A stretch of DNA of 64,000 nucleotides, from NCBI RefSeq assembly GCF_004010195.1, contig NC_057718.1:13495549-13559548 (forward strand). The letters run 5' to 3'. How positions within the stretch are numbered: the stretch's first letter is position 1; each line of letters begins with the position of its first letter. Positions 1-11,720 of the stretch are shown here, one piece after another. Below the pieces are notes generated by a model, which was not told where the DNA came from, did not search any database, and worked only from the letters and a program-made list of their open reading frames with translations. The stretch comes from Chiloscyllium plagiosum (taxonomy: Eukaryota). The position numbers and the translations under genes were made by a program.

Positions 1-1696
1 AAAATCAAATTTTAATTTAATTATTTGCATTTAAATTCCCCAATTAGTCTGCTGGGATTCAAGCTCACATTTCTGTGCTATTCTCTGGAATACTAATGCC
101 TAACAAATCCATTGTGCTATAGTACTGTAGCAAATTATTGCGTCCCTTCATCAATTTTACCTTTAAGCCCTGCACACTTTCTATTACACAGATAAAGAGG
201 CGTCAAAAAGCACCTGAATGCCTCAATATCTAATTAGATGGCAATGTTATTTTTAATGCAAAACTGAATGCTGCTCCAAGTGTAAAATTAACATTGGAAC
301 TTGATTGTAGATATGTTATCAACTATGTAAAACTTCTCGGAGCTATGAAATTCATTCTGCTGTTCAAACCTAAACTAAATAAATATCAAAAAGTGAATAA
401 AAATATCAAAATAAGCAGAATTATAAGAACTACAAATGGATATGAAAACGTCCCAATTTAAAGGATGTGCATTGAGTAAATTGTGTCAGAATTATTGTTG
501 GGGTTTCACAAAACTCTCAATGGATCTCTTAACAATGGGAAATAAATAGAATGTATTCTGATTTGCATTTATATAACCTCAGGAAAAAATCTGAAGTAAT
601 TCAATGCATAATATCTTTGCTTATGAGCACCTGGGATGAATTAATCATTTGGAATATTGACTATTTTGTGACACATCTCAATTTCAAAGCTATGTGCATC
701 GTATAAGATTTCCAATTGCCCTTTTACTCTTCTGGTAAATGAAAATAATCAGATTGGATGTTTAACATCTGCTGCAATGCTGATCAATGCAGGTCTTTTG
801 AACATTCAGGTGATAATTCAATTAAACTATCATGCATTCAAAGCCACACACAGCTTACAAATGCCAATGTTTTCCAAAAAAAGGTAGCATCTGGCCACAA
901 ATGCAGTCCAAGGTAAGCCACTGGGACTGGGCAGATGGAGTACAATGGGCTCTGATGATGATCTAACTTTTATATTTTTCTTGACACGGGTATTCCCCAG
1001 TACAATCACTTCTGAAGTTAACCCAGTAGTTCGTGACAGGATTACTAAAATCCAGAGATATTGGCAGGTTATTTAAATTTTATAGCGCAATAGCAAGGCC
1101 AACATATGTAGTCTTTTTTGCCCTAAGGATCAGATTATTTAGTGACAGGTGTTCACTTAGAGAGAGTAAAAGCGAGTTAAAATTCATTTTAAAGCCCAAG
1201 GTCACTGACAATCAACTTTCTAAGGATCTGAATATAATTGTATAATGTATTCCTTTGATCTCTGGAGTGTCATTTTGAATAAGATCCAGAAATAGCTTGA
1301 TGAGCCAACCATCTCCATCATCTGTACTTATTACTGATTTTTATGCTGAATTCAAGATGTCTCCACTCACATCAAATTCTACTCACCTATCACAGCTATC
1401 CCTCCTGACTTAAACTCTAACTTCATTCCCCATCACCGTTGGTGATACCTGCAGCTGCCTGGGCCCTATCGTCCGGAATATCCTATCTTAATAATCAGGG
1501 TGCAAGATAGCAGTACCTGATATTGACTGGAAGGGTAATTTGCGCGGCCAAGTGATTGTATGTTGAACACTGGAACAGAGCTGGACTAAGTACTGGCACC
1601 TGTAGCCAGCTCTGCCATTCAGCCAAATTGTGGCTGATCTGATCTGTGAAACTCATTATCACAGAATGTGTGGAGGCATGAGTGTATTTATTACAG

Positions 1697-1864
1697 GAGA
1701 AAGTGAGGACTGCAGATGCTGGAGACCAGAGCTAAAATGTGAATCTTCAGGCCCGAAGAAGGGCCTGAAGATTCCTGAAGAAGGGCTCATGTCTGAAACG
1801 TTGTTTCTCCTGCTCCTTGGATGCTGCCTGACCTGCTGCGCTTTTCCAGCAACACATTTTCAGC
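1697..1864 (+). mobile_element. Short rearranged Penelope-like terminal-repeat insertion with hammerhead-like motif
   Basis: Flanked by a perfect 14-bp TSD tgtatttattacag (1683-1696, 1865-1878). Shares ggatgctgcctgacctgctgcgcttttccagcaacacatt with the other copies; 5' part is inverted. Confidence 0.8.
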
Positions 1865-1878
1865 TGTATTTATTACAG

Positions 1879-2030
1879 ACATAGATAGGTTCTTGATTGG
1901 TAAAGGAATCAAGGGGTACCGGGAGAAGGCAGGAGAATGGGCTTGAGAAACGTAATACGCATGATTGAATGGTGCAGCAGATCCAATGTGCCAAATGGCC
2001 TAATTCTGCTCCTATATCTTATGCTCTTAC
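1879..2030 (+). mobile_element. CR1 LINE 3' end remnant
   Basis: atagataggttcttgattggtaaaggaatcaag...gccaaatggcctaattctgctcctatatcttatg, a tail type repeated elsewhere in the window (e.g. 28410-28585). Confidence 0.7.
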
Positions 2031-2640
2031 GGAGGCCGCAGCACTGACCCTTAAGGTACTCCAATAGTTACAGTTTACCAAAGTGAAACTGGCTCTTAAG
2101 TTGACTCTATTTCCTGTGAGTTAAGCAATCCTCTGTCATCTCCAACATCAGTATCCTGTATGGCTCTCAGTGACTTCATAACACTGGGGTTAGCTTACTG
2201 GTAAACCATTAGCAATGAAATCTATCTGTAAATTAACGATGGTTACTACCTATACAGCTGTAAGTACGTTCTTTGGCAATTTGCATAACGAAGGGATAGT
2301 CAACATGGCTTTGTGCGTGGGAAATCATGTCTCACAAACATGATTGAGTTTTTTTGAAGAAGTAACAAAGAGGATTTATGAGGGCAGAACAATAGACATG
2401 ATCTATATGAATTTCAGTAAGGCGTTCGACCAGGTTCCCCATGGGAGACTGGTTAGCAAGTTAGAGCTCATGGAATACAGGGTGAACGAGCCAAGTGGAT
2501 ACAGAACTGGCTGCAAGGTAGAAGACAGAGCGTGGGTTGTTTTTCAGATTGGAGGCCTGTGACCAGTGGAGTGCCACAAGGATCAGTGCTGGTCCACTAC
2601 TTTTCATCATTTACATAAACAAGTTGGATGGGAACATAGA

Positions 2641-4550
2641 GAACATATAAGAGAATGATCAATGAGAAGGTAGGGCCAATCAGGGATAGCGGAGGGAACT
2701 TGTGCATGGAGTCTGAGCAGATAGGGGAAGCCCTAAATGAGTTTTTTGCTTCAGTTTTCACCAAGGAAAGGGAACTTGTAAATTAGATTAGATTACTTTC
2801 AGTGTGGAAACAGGCCCTTTGGCCCAACAAGTCCACACCGACCCACCGAAGCGCAACCCACCCATACCCCTAACCTAACACTACGGGCAATATTAGCATG
2901 GCCAATTCACCTGACCTGCACATCTTTGGACTGTGGGAGGAAACCGGAGCACCCGGAGGAAACCCACGCAGACACGGGGAGAATGTGCAAACTCCACACA
3001 GTCAGTCGCCTGAGGCGGGAATTGAACCCGGGTCTCTGGCGCTGTGAGGCAGCAGTGCTAACCACTGTGCCACCATGCCGCCCACAAATGAAAACTTAAA
3101 GGAGCTGTGATACAGCCTTGACCAGATCAAGATTGATGAAGATGATGAGTGAGAAATTTTGGAAAACATTAAGATTGATAAGTTCCCAGGGCCAGACCAG
3201 ATTTATCCTCGGCTGCTCCAGGAAGTGAGAAAGAAGATTGCTAAGCCGCTGGCGAGGATATTTGCCTCCTCACTCTCCACGGGAGTCTACCGGAGGATTG
3301 GAAGGAGGCAAATGTTGTTCCACTTTTCAATTACAGACCAGTCAGTCTCATGTCTGTGGTCAGCAAAGTTGTGGAAAGAATTCTGAGGGATAGGATTTAT
3401 GACTATTTGGCAAAGCATAGTGTGATTAAAGGCAGGCTCCAAGGCTTTGTGAGGGCAGGTCATGCCTCACAAATCGTATTGAGTTCTTTGAGGAGGTGTC
3501 AAGACAGGTCGACGACGGTCGAGCAGTGGATGTGGTGTATATGGATTTCAGCAAGGCATTTGATAGGGTTCCCCATGGTAGGCTCATTCATAAAGTCAGG
3601 AAGTATGGGATACAGGGAGATTTGGCTATCTGGATTCAGAATTGGCTGGCTGACAGAAGGCAGAGAGTGGTTGTAGATGGAAAGTATTCTGCCTGGAGGT
3701 CAGTGTTGAGTGGGGTCCCGCCGGGCTCTGTTCTTGGACCCCTGCTCTTTGTAGTTTTTATAAATGACTTGGATGAGGTATTTGGGGGGTGGGTTAGTAA
3801 ATTTGCAGATGACACAAAGGTTGGAGGTGTCGCTGATCGAATAGAGGGCTACAGCAGGCTTCAGCGTGACATAGACAGGATGCAGAGCTGGGCTGAGAAA
3901 TGGCAAATGGAGTTCAACCTGGATAAATGCGAAGTGATGCATTTTGGAAGGTGAAAGCATATGGTGTTTTGGCTTTCATTAACAGGGGTATCGAGTTTAA
4001 GAGCCGCGAGGTTTTGCTGCAGCTCTACAAATCCCTGGTGAGACCACACTTGGAATATTCTGTCCAGTTCTGGTTGCCCTACTATAGGAAAGATGTGGAG
4101 GCTTTGGAGAGGGTGCAAAGAAGGTTTGCCAGGATGCTGCCTGGACTGGAGGGCTTGCCTTCTGAAGAAAGGTTGAATAAGCTCAGACCTTTCTCTCTGG
4201 AGAGGAGGAAGAGAGGAGACCTGATCGAGGTCTACAAAATAATGAGAGAAATAAATAGAGTCAATAACCAGGGCAGGATTGACTGGTACGAGGGGTCATC
4301 GTTTGAAGATATTAAGAAGGGGGGTATAAAGGAGATGTCAGAGGTTGGTTCTTTACGCAGAGAGTTGTGAATGCATGGAATGCGTTGCCAGCTGAGGTGA
4401 TGGGGACATTTAAGCGATTGCTGGACATGCACATGGATAGCAGTGAGTTGAGGGGTGTGTAGGTTGTTACTATATTTTACATTAGGATTAAGTCTCAGCA
4501 CAACATCGTGGGACTAAGGGCCTGTTCTGTGCTGTACTTTTCTATGTTCT
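2641..4550 (+). mobile_element. Nested CR1 LINE fragment of a different subfamily (RT pseudogene)
   Basis: ORF 3496-3954 has VDVVYMDFSKAFDRVPH, GVPPGSVLGPLLF and FADDTK. Internal deletion near 3950; ends in ttctatgttctat. Confidence 0.92.
2783..3085 (-). mobile_element. HE1-like tRNA-derived V-SINE, full length
   Basis: A-box (tggcacagtgg) and B-box (gggttcaattccc) head, central conserved domain, CR1-like 3' end and (AATCT)n tail. Near identical to the other copies. Confidence 0.9.
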
Positions 4551-5917
4551 ATAGGAGGTATAGTTAGTAAGACTACAGATGACACCAAAATTGGAGGTGT
4601 AGTGGACAGTGAAGAAGGTTACCTCGGATTATAACAGGATCTCGATCAGATGGGCCAAATGGGCTGAGGAGTGGCAGATGGAGTTTAATTTAGACAAATG
4701 TGACGTACTGCATTTTGAGAAAATAAATCTTAGCAGGACTTATACACTTAATGGTAAGGTCCTTGGGAGTGTTACTGAACAAAGAGACCTTGGAGTGCAG
4801 GTTCATAGCTCCTTGAAGGTGGAGTCTCAGGTAGATAGGATAGTGAAGGTGTTTGGTATGTTTTCCTTTATTGGTCAGAATATTGAGTACAGGAGTTGGG
4901 AGTTCATGTTGAAGCTGTATAGGACATTGGTTAGACCACTGTTGGAATATTGCGTGCAATTCTGGTCTCCTTCCTATCGGAAGGATGTTGTGAAACTTGG
5001 AAGGTGTCAGAAAAGACTTACAAGGATGTTGCCAGGGTTGGAGGATTTGAACTATAGGGAGGGGTTGAATAGGCTGGGGCTGTTTTCCCTGGAGCATCGG
5101 AGGCTGAGGGGTAACCTTATAGAGATTTATAAAATCATGAGGGGCACAAATAGGATAAATAGGCAGGTTGCGGGAGTCCGGAACTAGAGGGCATAAGTTT
5201 AAGGTGAGAGGGGAAGGATAAAGAAGAGACCTAAAGGGCACCTTTTTCACAGAGAATGGTGTGTGTGTGGACTGGGTTACCAGAGGAAGTGGTGGAGTCT
5301 AGTACAATTGCACCATTTAAAAGGCATCTAGATGGGTATATGAATAGGAAGGGTTTGGAGGGATATGGGCCGGGTGCTGGCAGGTAGGACTAGATTGGGT
5401 TGGGATATCTGGTCGGCATGGACAAATTGGACTGAATGATCTGTTTCCGTGCTGTACATCTCTATGACTCTAAGTAATTAATTAATTGTTATTATTAGTA
5501 GTAATTATTAAAGAGGGACAGTGTTGTGCGTTGATACAAAAATACCAATGCATGGTAATATATTACCTATTGGTTTCTAAAATGTCTGAGATTTGGGCTA
5601 GTGGTATCAACTGCCAACAAGTGCATTATGTTATGAACTGAAAAATAAATTAATTGGTGTTTAAGATGTGTAAATAGGAATCTTATTTTTTAACTTTGGT
5701 GAATCCAACTAGTTTACCTTCAGGGTAAAACTAGCCACACAAGACTCAGATTCCCTTTGTAACAGTTGTAGCATAGTGTAAAAACCTCCTTACAGACTGT
5801 GGATGCAAAAAGTGTAGGCTTGCCACTGGACACAGTTATACACATATATATTTTAATATTCAGATTATAAACATATAGATCCATTGTAAAATTTAGAGGA
5901 AGCAAAATAAATTGTAC

Positions 5918-6092
5918 CTTTATCTTGTTGAATCCAGTCTGTTAACTTCACATCACAAAGCTGATTCCTCGAGTTAAATACATTAACTGAAGAACTGGAG
6001 GACATGAGATTCATAATTCGGCTGAACTTCCAGGCAGGAATCCATTCATCTTCTATAACATCTGATAACCTTGGAAAGATGTAAAATATCGC
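5918..6092 (-). CDS. TARBP1: TARBP1 coding exon 12/12, 175 nt, phase 0 to 1 (not in the ORF track)
   Basis: tatag|GCG...G|gtacaa. AIFYIFPRLSDVIEDEWIPAWKFSRIMNLMSSSSSVNVFNSRNQLCDVKLTDWIQQDK, similar to TIFYILPRLSGLIEDEWI...DWSQQD. Confidence 0.95.
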
Positions 6093-6226
6093 CTATAAGA
6101 TGGAGCAGGAGAAGAACAAGAGGAGCTTAGAGACCAGGGTTGTCATCTCAAGTTCTTTTAAAATAACAAAGTAAAGGGACAGAATTTTTTTTAAAATCAG
6201 TACTCTTATTTTTAAATCACTTGTAC

Positions 6227-6256
6227 ATAGAACATAGAACACATAGAACATAGAAC
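6227..6256 (-). repeat. (ATAGAAC)n microsatellite flanked by a 19-bp direct repeat
   Basis: About four ATAGAAC units between atttttaaatcacttgtac (6208-6226) and atttttaaatcatttgtac (6257-6275). Confidence 0.85.
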
Positions 6257-6879
6257 ATTTTTAAATCATTTGTACTTTATCTTGATTAATTGTCAGTTTA
6301 ATAAATACTATGCCTATTTTCCTCCAACACTGAAATCCATGGCCTCAACCAATACCACTGCCAGACTTCAATTAGTTATTGCTGATTCTTTACAATGATC
6401 AAATGCTGCAGTCAATGTTTTACTGTTTGCATAACTGGAATGATAAATTTCCAAAGATACTCAAGCATTCATGTTTGTATGAAAGTGAGAAATAGAACAG
6501 GTAAGCTATATGACTTTTTGGATTGTTGTACCATTCATTTAGATCATGGCTGATCTCTGTTGCAAGTCCAATTTCCCAGATCATTTATATAGAACTGAAA
6601 ATAAGTAACAAATTTCTTTCGTTTGGATGGCAAACATTTGCTAGGCTTTCCAGCAGTGGACTAAGACTTTATTTAGTATGATCCTGCAGCATCAGTAATT
6701 CCAAACATGGACAAAGCCAAGTCAAGCACTGATGCATTCATGGTGAACTTCCAAACTCTCACAGGGTATGATTGCATTTCACAGACAAAAGAAGAAAGCA
6801 AGGAGGCATGCACAGGTGGGAGGAGGGGGTATTTGGAAGTGAAGCTGATGTAATTAAAGATCCCACATAGTCTGTTTTT

Positions 6880-7085
6880 GTCATGTTGATTGAGGGCTAA
6901 ATATTGGCCAGGATATTAGAGAGAACCCTCCTGTTTTTCTTCAAAAATAGCCTTCAGATCTATTATACCTATCTTAGTGAGCAGACAGCTCATTGGTTTA
7001 ATATGTCATCTGAAAGATGGCACTTTTGGTCCTCAGTATCCTATTAGAATGTCAGCCTTGATTCAAGTCCAAGATTGGATTATTT
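6880..7085 (-). mobile_element. DeuSINE (SacSINE1/AmnSINE1-like) remnant
   Basis: ttgagggctaaatattggccagga...ggtttaatatgtcatctgaaagatggcac resembles the remembered reverse complement of the Deu domain. A related copy is at ~38965-39110. Confidence 0.55.
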
Positions 7086-7337
7086 AGGTCTAAGAATTGG
7101 ACTTAAAATTGGATCCTTAAGAGCACAGGAGTGGTCCGTTGATTCAATTAGATCATGACTGAAATACACCTCAATGCCACTTTCCAACACTACCTCCATA
7201 TTACAAAGTCACTAGTCTCCAGAAATCTACTGATTTCTGTCTTTAATGTGCTCAATGACTGAGATTCCACAACTCTTTGGGGCAGGAAATTCCACAGGTT
7301 TGCCATCTTCTGGGCGAAACATTTCTTCCATATAAAG

Positions 7338-7715
7338 TCTTAGAGATGTACAGCATGGAAATAGACCCTTTGGTCCAACTCATCCATGCCAATCAGCTAT
7401 GCTACATAAATGTAGTTCCATTTGCCAGCATTTGGCCCACATCCCTCTAAACCCTTCCTGTTCATATACCCATCCAAATGCCTTTTAAATGTTGTAATTA
7501 TATCAGTCTCCATCACTTCCTCTGTCAGCTCATTCATACACGCATCATCCTCTCCATGAAAACGTTGCCCATGAGATCCCTTTTAAATCTTTCCCCTCTC
7601 ACCTTAAACCTATGCCCTCTAGTTTTGGACTCCGTCACCCTGAGGAAAGGACCTTGGCTATTCAACCCATCCATGCCCCTCATGATTTTACAAACCTGTA
7701 TAAAGGTCACCCCTC
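7338..7715 (-). mobile_element. CR1 LINE 3' end (young subfamily) inserted in an older minus-strand CR1 (~7120-7335 and ~8850-9250)
   Basis: Reverse complement of the 5100-5470 type tail. Confidence 0.85.
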
Positions 7716-7890
7716 ATCATTTCTCAGTTGTAAATGGCCTATTCCTCATTCCGAGATTATATCCTAAATTTTCACCTCACTAGCCAAGAGTTACATTCAA
7801 TTTACAACCACTTTGACACGTCCAACAAGAAGTTTGGAAATTTCAATGATATCACTTTCCACTATCACAAAACTCGAGAGAAAGGAACCT

Positions 7891-8846
7891 CAGCTATTTG
7901 TGATTTTTGTAAATGATGTGGACGAGGAAGTGGAAGGATGGATTAGTAAGTTTGTCGATGACATGAAGGTTGGTGGAGTTGCTGATAGTGTGAAGGGCTG
8001 TTGTAGGTTGCAATGGGACATTGACAGGATGCAGAGCTGGGCTGAGAAGTGGCAGATGGAATTCAACCTGGAAAAGTGTGAAGCGATTCATTTTGGAAGG
8101 TCGATTTTGAATGCAGATTATAGGGTTAAAGGCAGGATTCTTGGCAGTGATGAGGAAGAGAGGGATCTTAGGGTCTACATCTATAGATCCCACAAAGTTG
8201 CCACCCAAGTTGATAGGGCTGTTAAGAAGGCACATGGTGTGTTGGCGTTCATTAGCAGGGGGATTGAGTTTAAGAGCCGTGAGGTTCTGCCCCAACTCTA
8301 TAAAACCCTTATTAGACCACACTTGGAATATTGTGTTCAGTTCTGGTTGCCTCATTATTGGAAGGATGCGGAAGCTTTAGAGAGGGTGCAAATGAGATTT
8401 ACCAAGATGCTCCCTGGACTGGGGGGCATGTCTTATCAAGAAAAGTTGAGGGAGCTAAGACTTTTCGCGTTGGAGTGAAAAAGGATGAGAGGTGATTTGA
8501 GAGAGATGTACAAGATGATGAAAGGCATAGATAGAGTGGAAGCCAGAGACATTTTTCCAGCCCGGATATGGCTATTATGATGGGCATAACCTTAGGATGA
8601 TTGAAGGAAGGTTTAGGGGAGATGTCAGAGGTAGGTTCTTTACACAGAGTGATGGGTACATGCGGTGCCAACAGTAGTAAGCAGAGTCAGATACATTAGG
8701 GACATTTAAGCGATTCTTGGATGGGCACATGGATGATAGTAAAATAGAGGGTATGTAGGTTAGTTTGATCTTAGAGTAGGATAAAAGTTCGGCACAAATT
8801 CGAGGGCCGAAGGGCCTGTACTGTGCTGTACTGTCCTATGTTCTAT
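7891..8846 (+). mobile_element. CR1 LINE 3' fragment (RT C-terminal part)
   Basis: ORF 7813-8478 has FV.D.KVGG, WQMEFNLEKC and LIRPHLEYCVQFW; tail tcctatgttctat. Confidence 0.92.
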
Positions 8847-9249
8847 AATAGTTTCCTCAACCTCTTCTCATAGTGCCACCCCATCCCATGGAGCAGTCTG
8901 GTAAATCTCTGCTTCACTCCTTCTTTGGCAAGCATATCCTCCCATAGATAAGGAGAACAAAACCATACACAATACTCCCAAGAATCAGTCTTACTAAAGC
9001 TTTATACAATTACAGAAAGATATCTTTACCTCTATAATATTTGCTTTCCTTACTGATTGCTGGGTTTGTATGGTAGCTATTTTGTGACTCACAAGCAAGG
9101 TCACCCATGTCTCTCTAGCCCCCAACACTCCCCCAAACCTCAACATTTAATTAACATTCTATGTTTTTATACTAAAGTGGTAACTTCACACTTATTCGCA
9201 TTATATTCAATTTGCCATATTCTTGTCCATTTCCTTGACCTGTCTATAT

Positions 9250-10160
9250 TGTGACACCCACAAATATTTTTTTGGAAATAAAATAGGAAATTGAAGTTTT
9301 GGGCAATGCAGAGAGTTGATCATGGGGCTGTTTGGAATTCAAAGACCAACAATATAACTGTGTTGTGCTTTACTTATTGTTTACAAAAGTTCGAGTTACC
9401 TTTGGAACAGCAGAGCTGTTAACAGAGAGATAAGATAAATCTGTTTTAATGTACAAATGGGTGGAAGACACAATGCATTACAGGTTGCCTTGCAATGGCC
9501 TTTGGACTGGTAAGTTTATTTGACCACAAATCAGGGAATAGTAAACTTGGAGAGAGACTTTCAAGAATTCTGCAGCAAAGAGAGATCTCTCTCTCTCCTG
9601 GAAAGGAAAACCACTTCCAATTATGAAGAAGTTGGCAAGGAAACAGTGCGCTCTCTCTCTCGAAGTGAAAAAACAATTATCAAAAACTCTGAAAACTGAA
9701 TTGCCAGCTCAATACAAAAAAGACCTGGGTGTAAGTCACCAGCTGCCCAAACTGAGCATCCTCCATTACTCTATGGCTGATAGCAGCATGAACTTGTTTG
9801 CAGAAACCAAAAGAACTGGGAAAGTCAGCTTATTCCAATCTTGTGGTCTGGATTCTTCATTCATAAACTGTTCCTTCTGCTTGGTTTTCCACCTATAATA
9901 ACTCTTCAGAATTGTACGTCCTATCTGCTTATGAGTTTGGATTTAAAGGGGGATAAATTTGCCTAGTAGTAGTTAAAAACCTGTTTTGCCTCTTGTTAAA
10001 GACTAGGTCCAAATAATTAAGTTTTTGCATTTTTTGATGAAACCTGGTGGGAGTTTCTCCTTTGTCCTGATAACATTAAAAATAAATTCAGCCATCTTGG
10101 TGATTCATTTGGACATTTACAGTTTTGGAACGTCTCATCGAGTAGGGGTTTTGATTCCAT
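9250..10160 (+). mobile_element. Possible degraded LTR remnant
   Basis: Begins tgtgaca; has ctctctc tracts and a general layout shared with ~23040-23720. No clear TSD. Confidence 0.3.
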
Positions 10161-10702
10161 AGAAAGTAGGAGCAGGAGTAGACCATTCATTCCTTTGACC
10201 CTGCTCCATCATTCGATACAATCACCACTGAGCATCCAACTCCATACCTTGTTCCTGCTTTCTCTTCACACCCATTCACCACTTTAGCCTGAAGAACTAT
10301 GCCGAACTTCATCTTGAAAACATTCAATGCTTTGGCCTCAACCGTTTTCTGTGGCAGACAAGTCCACAGACTCAACACACTCTGGGTGAAGAAATTTCTC
10401 CTCAGCTCAGTCCTTAATTAACTATCTTTAGACTGCAACCCCCTGGTCTGGACTCCCTGGTCAGCTAGAACATCCTTCCAGTATTACTCTGTCTGGTCCT
10501 GTTAGAATTGTATTGACTTTTGAGAGATCACATCTCATTCTTCTAAACTCCAGTAAATATACTCCAAACCAATCCAGTCTCACTTCATACATGATTCCCA
10601 GAAATTAGTTTGGTAAACCTTTGTTGCACTCCTTCCACAGCCAGAACATCCCTTCTCAGTTAAGGAGATCAAAACTGCATACAACACTCCAGTTGTGGTC
10701 TT

Positions 10703-10900
10703 CTGGAAAAACATAGCAGGTCAGGTAACACCTGAGGAGCAGGAGAATCGATGTTTCAGGCTTAAGCCCTTCATGCCTGATGAAGGGTTTATGCCCGAAT
10801 CGTCAATTCTCCTGCTCCTCAGATGCTGCCTGACCTGCTGTGCATTTCCAGCACCACAGTCTCGACTCCGATCTCCAGCATCTGCAGTCCTCACTTTCTC
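10703..10900 (+). mobile_element. Fold-back Penelope-like mini-insertion with hammerhead-like motif
   Basis: Imperfect ~70 bp inverted repeat centred near 10775. TSD ctccagttgtggtctt (10687-10702) and ctccaggtatggtctt (10901-10916). Confidence 0.8.
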
Positions 10901-11419
10901 CTCCAGGTATGGTCTTATCAAGGCCTTATTCAACCAGTACACTCATTTGGTCAGAGTCATAACAAAGGCCATTTAAAGCCTCTTTGCATCTTCCTCACAA
11001 CTTACATTCCCATTTAGTTTTGTCTCATCAGCACATAAGAAATTACAATTTGACTCCATATCCAAATTATTTATTTAGATTGTGAACAACTATAGCTTTA
11101 CCACTAGTGGTTGCAGCAAGCCACTGATAATAGCCTGCCACCTTCAGAATGGTTTGTTTATTCCTGCACTGCCTTTTTCTGTTAATCAATTCTCAACCCT
11201 GATTAGTAAATTACCTCCAAACCCATGCACACTAACTTTGCCTATCAACCCATGAGGAAGCTTATCAAAAAAACTTCTGAAAAATCCAAATACATCATGT
11301 ATTTGCTTCTTCTTAAATCAATGTTATAAGCAACATTCTCAAAAACTTCCAGCAGATTTGCCAAACATGACTTCTCTTCCAAGACATTCTCTCTAATTTC
11401 CCATTTTTTACAGATTTTG

Positions 11420-11720
11420 ACATTACAGTGTGGAAACAGGCCCTTCGGCCCAACAAGTCCACACCGACCCGCCGAAGCGAAACCCACCCATACCCCTACA
11501 TTTACCCCTTACCTAACACTATGGGCAATTTAGCATGGCCAATTCACCTGACCTGCACTTCTTTGGACTATGGGAGGAAACCGGAGCACCCGGAGGAAAC
11601 CCACGCAGACACGGGGAGAACGTGCAAACTCCACACAGTTTGTCGCTTGAGGCGGAAAATGAACCCGGGTCTCTGGCGCTGTGAGGCAGCAGTGCTAACC
11701 ACTGTGCCACCGTGCCGCCC
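11420..11720 (-). mobile_element. HE1-like V-SINE
   Basis: Near identical to 2783-3085 and 28766-29087. Confidence 0.9.

Larger units (their letters stand above)
2294..5472 (+). mobile_element. CR1 LINE 3' fragment (2294-2640 joined to 4551-5472), split by a nested CR1
   Basis: RT motifs YM.FSKAFD.VPH and GVPQGSV lie before 2640 and continue after 4551 (ADDTKIG, WQMEFN.DKC, LVRPLLEYCVQFWSP). Ends in a ctctatgactcta tail; frameshifted. Confidence 0.9.

Noticed and set aside
850..960. Possible next TARBP1 exon (LPW codons and a gtaagc donor on the minus strand)
   Set aside because: Lacks the expected DVQKKIIPW motif; the downstream exon must lie left of the window.
953..1015. ATGATGA...CTGA spaced like a C/D-box snoRNA
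   Set aside because: It is antisense to the host gene, and I see no terminal stem or recognisable guide sequence.
3010..3085. tRNA-like A/B boxes at SINE heads
   Set aside because: These are SINE promoters; no complete cloverleaf, so no tRNA gene is called.
4690..5250. Long ORFs antisense to CR1 (also 7894-8355, 58945-59508)
   Set aside because: Shadow frames of LINE ORF2. No CR1 copy in the window has an intact ORF2.
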